Source of the DNA: Bilabrum cf. latius
Lineage: Eukaryota
Direction: 5' to 3'
Assembly: GCA_965178125.1 (NCBI GenBank)
Contig: OZ237746.1
Span: 496,001-560,000, forward strand
Length of the DNA stretch: 64,000 nucleotides
Both the position numbers and the translations under genes were made by a program. The notes under the pieces are model-generated. The model worked only from the letters and a program-made list of their open reading frames with translations, was not told where the DNA came from and made no database searches. This document shows positions 59,561 through 64,000 of the stretch, piece after piece; within the stretch, counting starts at the first letter, position 1; each line of letters opens with the position of its first letter.

Positions 59561-61153
59561 TCACTCCCGCTCTGCCCCAGACCGCAGCATCATCTGCTGC
59601 ACTCGAGCAAGGATGTCCCCGGGCAAGCTGGCCTGCTCCTGCCTCCCCGTACCGAGGCACTTGATCGTCACACCGCCGCTCTACGCCTCCTCTTCGCCCA
59701 CCAGCACGGCAACCCTGGCCCCCGCCCTCGACGCAACCTTGACCGCCTTGGAGGCTCGACTCACCGCCGCCACCCTCCTCACGGCCACGGGCTCCCCCGC
59801 AGGTCCAAGCAGGGACTCACTGAGTACGTTCGCTTTGTCTTCAGAACCGGCAGCTTCGCCGTCGCCAAACTTGCGACTGGCTGGCGCGCGGCCATGGGCA
59901 GCTGCACGCGACAGCATCGATGCTGTGCGGAAGGCCAACCCACGGGGCCCTGATGCGCCACCGTGCGATACACCCTAACCGAAAGGCACCACCACCACGA
60001 GCGGCGGTGCCAGCTTGTCCTTATCATTCCCATTCCCGCTGTTCCCCAGCATCTCCTCCAGCTCCAACAGCCTGTCCACCCCAGCGGCCCACCCAGCACC
60101 GGGAATGGCAGGCCCCCCCATCGCCTCGCTCAAACCGTCGTATCTTCCCCCCGCGAGCACCGTGCCTAGTCGAGCCCCAATGGGCTCGCCCTTCATGCCC
60201 CGCTGTCCAGCCACCACCTCGAACGCCGTGTGACGATAGTAGTCCAGCCCCCTCACCAGCCGGGGGTCCTCCACCACGGGCACGCCCTCCGCCCTCAGAT
60301 GCTCCAGAATCTCCTCGTGCCTCCTGCGGTCCTCTCCCAGCAACAGTTCCCTGGGGTCAGGGGCCCCCTCCAGGGCATCTTGGTCCTGGGGGCTCTTGGA
60401 ATCGAGCACGCGGAGGGGGGCGCCGCGGGCCAGCCTCTCCCTGGATGTGTGGGACAGGTCGCTCGACCGCGTCTCGAGGAACTGAGCCAGGGCAGCTTCG
60501 TACTTTTTCCTGCTTTCTGAGGATCCCAGAGAGTTTAGACGCACCTCAAAGCCTGCCCCGTGCAAGGGCAGCCGCTGCAGGAAGGTCCACCCTGCCAGGA
60601 TGATTTCGGCGTCTGCCTCCGGCGAAGGGTCCCCGAGAATTTCAACGCCGCACTGCAGGAACTGGCGGTACCGTCCTTGCTGCGGTCTCTCGTACCGGAA
60701 CATGGGGCCGAAGTACGAAGCTCTTGCTTGCCAAGCACCTCGAGCGGACGCCAGCTACTGGGCCATGCCGCTCTGAATTGAAGCTCGCACGATCCCAGCA
60801 GTTCCTTCAGGCCGCAAGCACAAGACTGCACCTCGTCTCGACTTAAACGAGTACATCTCTTTCTGCACTACGTCCGACGTATCGCCCAGAGTTCTGGAAA
60901 AAACCGAACTTGATTCGACCACTGGGGTTTGCCACTCTTCAAACCCAAAAGCAGCTGCTGTCGTTTCAAATGTCGCCTTAATCAGCTGTAAACGGCTAGA
61001 AACAGGTGGAATAATGTCTCGCATACCTCGTATGGATCTTGTGGGGACGGTCTTCGAGGGTATCGACTCCCTCGAAATGGCCCGACACTGTTGGCAAGCT
61101 GCTCCAAACTGTGAGCTACCATGTGATAGCGTAGATTGAAGACTCTAGAACAT
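59561..61153 (-). CDS. hisS: Histidine--tRNA ligase, bacterial-type (probably mitochondrion-targeted), 530 aa
   Basis: Intronless frame with 4 TAGs (61145, 60755, 59975, 59681), ending in TGA TGA. Motifs: IRGMRDIIP, KEMYSF, LRPEGTAG, GPMFRYERPQQGRYRQF, LVRGLDYY, GGRYDGL, and anticodon domain GARVAVLVGEEEA(Q)SGGVTIK. The N-terminal extension is presequence-like. Confidence 0.95.
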
Positions 61154-61308
61154 ATGTTTGAGGTTGTTAGTTTTGAAACATAATCGTGCCATGTCTTTGA
61201 CTGTGATAAGTACGCCAACATCCCACAATGGAGCTCCGAGTTGCCTGCTTGTTGTGCATGTTGTGTGTCATTGTGATGACTTTGCAAAGGGTTGCTTGGC
61301 ACGGAACA

Positions 61309-61867
61309 CAACTGGCGAGGGGTGGCCATCAGCGCCCGAATAGCACGCGGCTTGATTGCCGCTCAAGTCTGGTTGTGACCTCCCAACTTAAAACCTCCCA
61401 ACTTCCTCATCCAAGGACGTGGTCCGGTGATCTGCAATCTATTCCTGATCCGAGTCACTCGTCACCCACCCACCCGCACCTCCACCTGCCCCGACTGCTG
61501 CCCCCCCTTTTCAATCCGCCGTATCAACCCGATGACCCCAACAATCATCTCCTTCTCCACTACTCCCTCACCCGCTTGGTGAACCGCCACCCCTCTCTAC
61601 TATGCCCCCACTCCACTTACGCCCACCCCTCGCCGCCGTTCCTGATCGTACCTCACTTTCTTGGCCTCTCTAATCGCGCTCTTTCCTCCGCTTCGCTGCG
61701 TCGCATCTGATCTGGCACCTCGAGCGGGTTCTGCACCAAACGCGCGACCTCAATCTCAGAGACCTTGTTGACCTCAACAACGTTTTAGGGAGGACACTAA
61801 GGGTCTTTGGATCACGTTATGTCGTGAGGTCGTATTTGATTGCCCGATCTTTGGGGTGTGGAAGCCA
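61309..61867 (+). repeat. Dispersed non-coding repeat, copy 2
   Basis: Block-wise homologous to the reverse complement of 15275-15745. Has an internal duplication acctcccaactt-aaa-acctcccaactt. Confidence 0.85.
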
Positions 61868-62197
61868 TTCGATTTTTTTTTAATTTTTGGGGGGGGTGCA
61901 GAACTCAAGAAGAAGATAAAAACTCCGGACAAGGAAAAAAGTCCGTTTCTGTACGGTGCCTGGCCTGGTTGATAGAGACGCGCGCATAGAGTGATACATG
62001 CGATTAGCTTAAAATTTAAATTTCTTAACGAATTATATATAAAGACTGTGAAACAAAGTACGTCTCTATAGCTCTGCTCACAACTGAGCTGAGCATCAAC
62101 GGCCGTAGTTCCGTTTAGAACCCTCTATCTTCGCGAACCTTCGCTTCGAATTACCAAGTCATGTCAGTGCCGTTTCGACACCACATCCGCGATTCCA

Positions 62198-64000
62198 ATG
62201 TCCGGTCAAGTCGATGATTCCAAAGCCATTGCAGTCGAGGAAGGAAAATTCTCAGGAGGGAATCCAATGAGAGACCCTGAAATGGTGGAGAAGTCCCATG
62301 ATGTTACCAGCAAGAGCACAACATGCTGCACATTCAAGTACGTCCTACTGGCAAGTGTCGCCGTCCTCATCGTCGGAGGCGCCGTTGCAGCGGCCGCAAT
62401 TCATTTTTCGAAAGATAGTTCGTCTGATTCGGGCTCTATTTCGACAGTTGAAAGCGTATTCGGTCCTGGGACAGTTGGCGAAGAAGCCGCCGATTGCGCT
62501 GATGAATGGCTTGAAAACCAGCGTGTATCGCCCGCACAGTATTATACCCGCGTACAAGTTGGATCTTCAGACTCATTTCCTGACTGTGTCGATGTGGATG
62601 CAATGAACGAAGCAGCTGCAAGCGTTTTTGGCGTCAACGCATCGGCGATTGTCCTGACTGCAGATGCCTCATCTCGCCGTTTGTCGCGCGCAGCGGTACG
62701 GCGAATGCAGGCAGGTAATTTAGTTCTAGTACAGCTTATATTCTCGTACTCCGAGGACGAGTCAGCGACAGTTGCTACACAGGTCCAGGCCAGCGCAGAC
62801 TAGCTTGAGCGGGCTCTGCAGTCCGCTGTCCTGAATGCTACGGGCCAAGCAGCAGCCGTCACGATTCGCGTCATGACAGAAGATATCAGCAATGGCTTCA
62901 TTCTGATGGATACCCTTCCGAGCACGAGCCCAGCTGTGAGCACAAGTTCTGCGGTCCTGGTCAGATGGCCGCAATCTCATGTATCATTGAGCCTCAGGCT
63001 ACTAGCAGTACTGCGCGTTCTATCGTACCAAGGATTGGAAATAACTGATATTGTTTTTCGATATTTTACGCAGGCATCAACCAATGATCCCGGGAATCAA
63101 CCCTCCATTTCATTGGTTAGTAACTCGCAGGAGATGACATGCGTCAAGGTCCAAAGTCAACCACCCAGAGATGCTGAGCACCGCGCTGCTCGGTCTTCAT
63201 GTTTGTCTTTTTTGCTAATGTTCCCACCGAATACTCCGCAGACGCCGACCCCGTCAACATCGCAACAGTCCGTGAGATGATTCGCGGCCACAGCACATAT
63301 CGACAGCACACACCGTGCAGAAAAAATGAAGCGACCTAAACACGCGACAAGCCACTGCATTTTTTCTTGTTGACAATTGCAGGCGCCTGCATCGACCGCC
63401 CCGAGCGACAGTCCGGCCCCTAGCAGCAGCAGCAGCCCGAGTGTAAGCCCATCGCCGAGCATAACAAGCAGCCCGAGTGTCAGCCCCACCCCGAGCATAA
63501 CAAGTAGCCAGAGCGTAAGCCCCACCCCGAGCACCACGGCAAGTGCTACCAGCAGTCCCAGCAACTCACCATCACCAAGCACAACCGCTACCGCGAGTCC
63601 CAGCCCCAGCCCCACTCCAACTCCTAGCCCGGTCCCCCTTGTGCGGCTCTTTGGCGACTCCGTGCCTGCGGCCGACCAGTACACGGTCACACCCACTGCT
63701 GCGACCCAGGCCAAGCAGCTCTCCGACAACTTCTACATGCGAGCACTCGGGGCGGGCAGCTCTGTCCTGGTGTACGCCTGCGATGATGCCACTCCTCCGC
63801 AGTGCAACGACACGGGTGTAGAGAACGGCTCGCACTTCACCGAGCTCGGCGGCAAGGTGTACATTGCAGGCAGGCTCAACAGCGTGACTGGGCTCGTCTC
63901 GTGCACCAGCGTGGGCACGTGCAGCGTGGTGAGTGTTGCGGGCTCGGTGTCGTCTGTCACCCACCTGACAGCGTACAACGGCCGGATCTGGTTCATGGGA
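62198..64000 (+). CDS. Type II membrane/surface glycoprotein with mucin-like Ser/Pro/Thr stalk and probable beta-propeller ectodomain (3'-partial)
   Basis: N-terminal TM YVLLASVAVLIVGGAVAAAAIHF, SRRL motif, and TAG at 62801-62803 read through. Probable exons: 62198-62935, 63074-63115, 63242-63271 and 63383 onward. Includes SPSVSPTPSIT repeats and FTELGGKVYIAG / LTAYNGRIWFMG strands. Confidence 0.65.
63431..63538 (+). repeat. Three imperfect 36-nt tandem repeats encoding SSPSVSP(S/T)PSIT-like units
   Basis: Units resemble agcagcccgagtgt(a/c)agccc...ccgagcataaca. Confidence 0.8.

Noticed and set aside
61228-61710. 160-aa ORF over repeat copy 2 as a real gene
   Set aside because: The frame is not conserved in copy 1 (frame-breaking indels), and the Pro/His/Leu-rich translation reflects the C-rich strand.
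1-64000. Cluster of pseudogenes or sequencing errors explaining the broken ORFs
   Set aside because: The interruptions are exclusively TAG, with no frameshifts and no in-frame TAA/TGA over tens of kb, including housekeeping genes.
1-64000. Phage or prokaryote using code 15, or pyrrolysine amber decoding
   Set aside because: Spliceosomal GT-AG introns and eukaryote-specific genes (URB1, USP, PHD/RING, CFAP97) are present. TAGs sit in Gln contexts in many unrelated genes, and no pyl genes are seen.

Overview
This is gene-dense, GC-rich eukaryotic nuclear DNA with short GT-AG introns. It is probably from a flagellated stramenopile: it has an aureochrome-type bZIP-LOV gene, a CFAP97-domain gene and Ala/Gly/Ser-inflated proteins reminiscent of bicosoecids such as Cafeteria (the taxon is an inference). 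The main result is a non-standard nuclear genetic code. TAG is a sense codon, most likely glutamine, while TAA and TGA remain stops. The fragmented ORF track collapses into about 15 intact genes when TAG is read through: USP48/UBP26-like (>10.6 kb single frame), two tandem F-box-like multi-TM paralogs, an OTU-RING-PHD protein, a CFAP97-domain protein, an aureochrome-like protein, a Tim17-family protein, a Pkr1-like protein, a PQQ-like propeller, an EXD3/Mut-7-like exonuclease, URB1 (~4,570 aa), L-LDH, an ankyrin protein, an organellar HisRS and a mucin-stalk surface protein. All 13 gene ends that could be resolved are TAA or TGA. There is also a diverged ~0.5 kb dispersed non-coding repeat in two copies. 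No tRNA, rRNA or CRISPR array was recognised. Gene models and family calls were made by eye from motifs; no database search was run.
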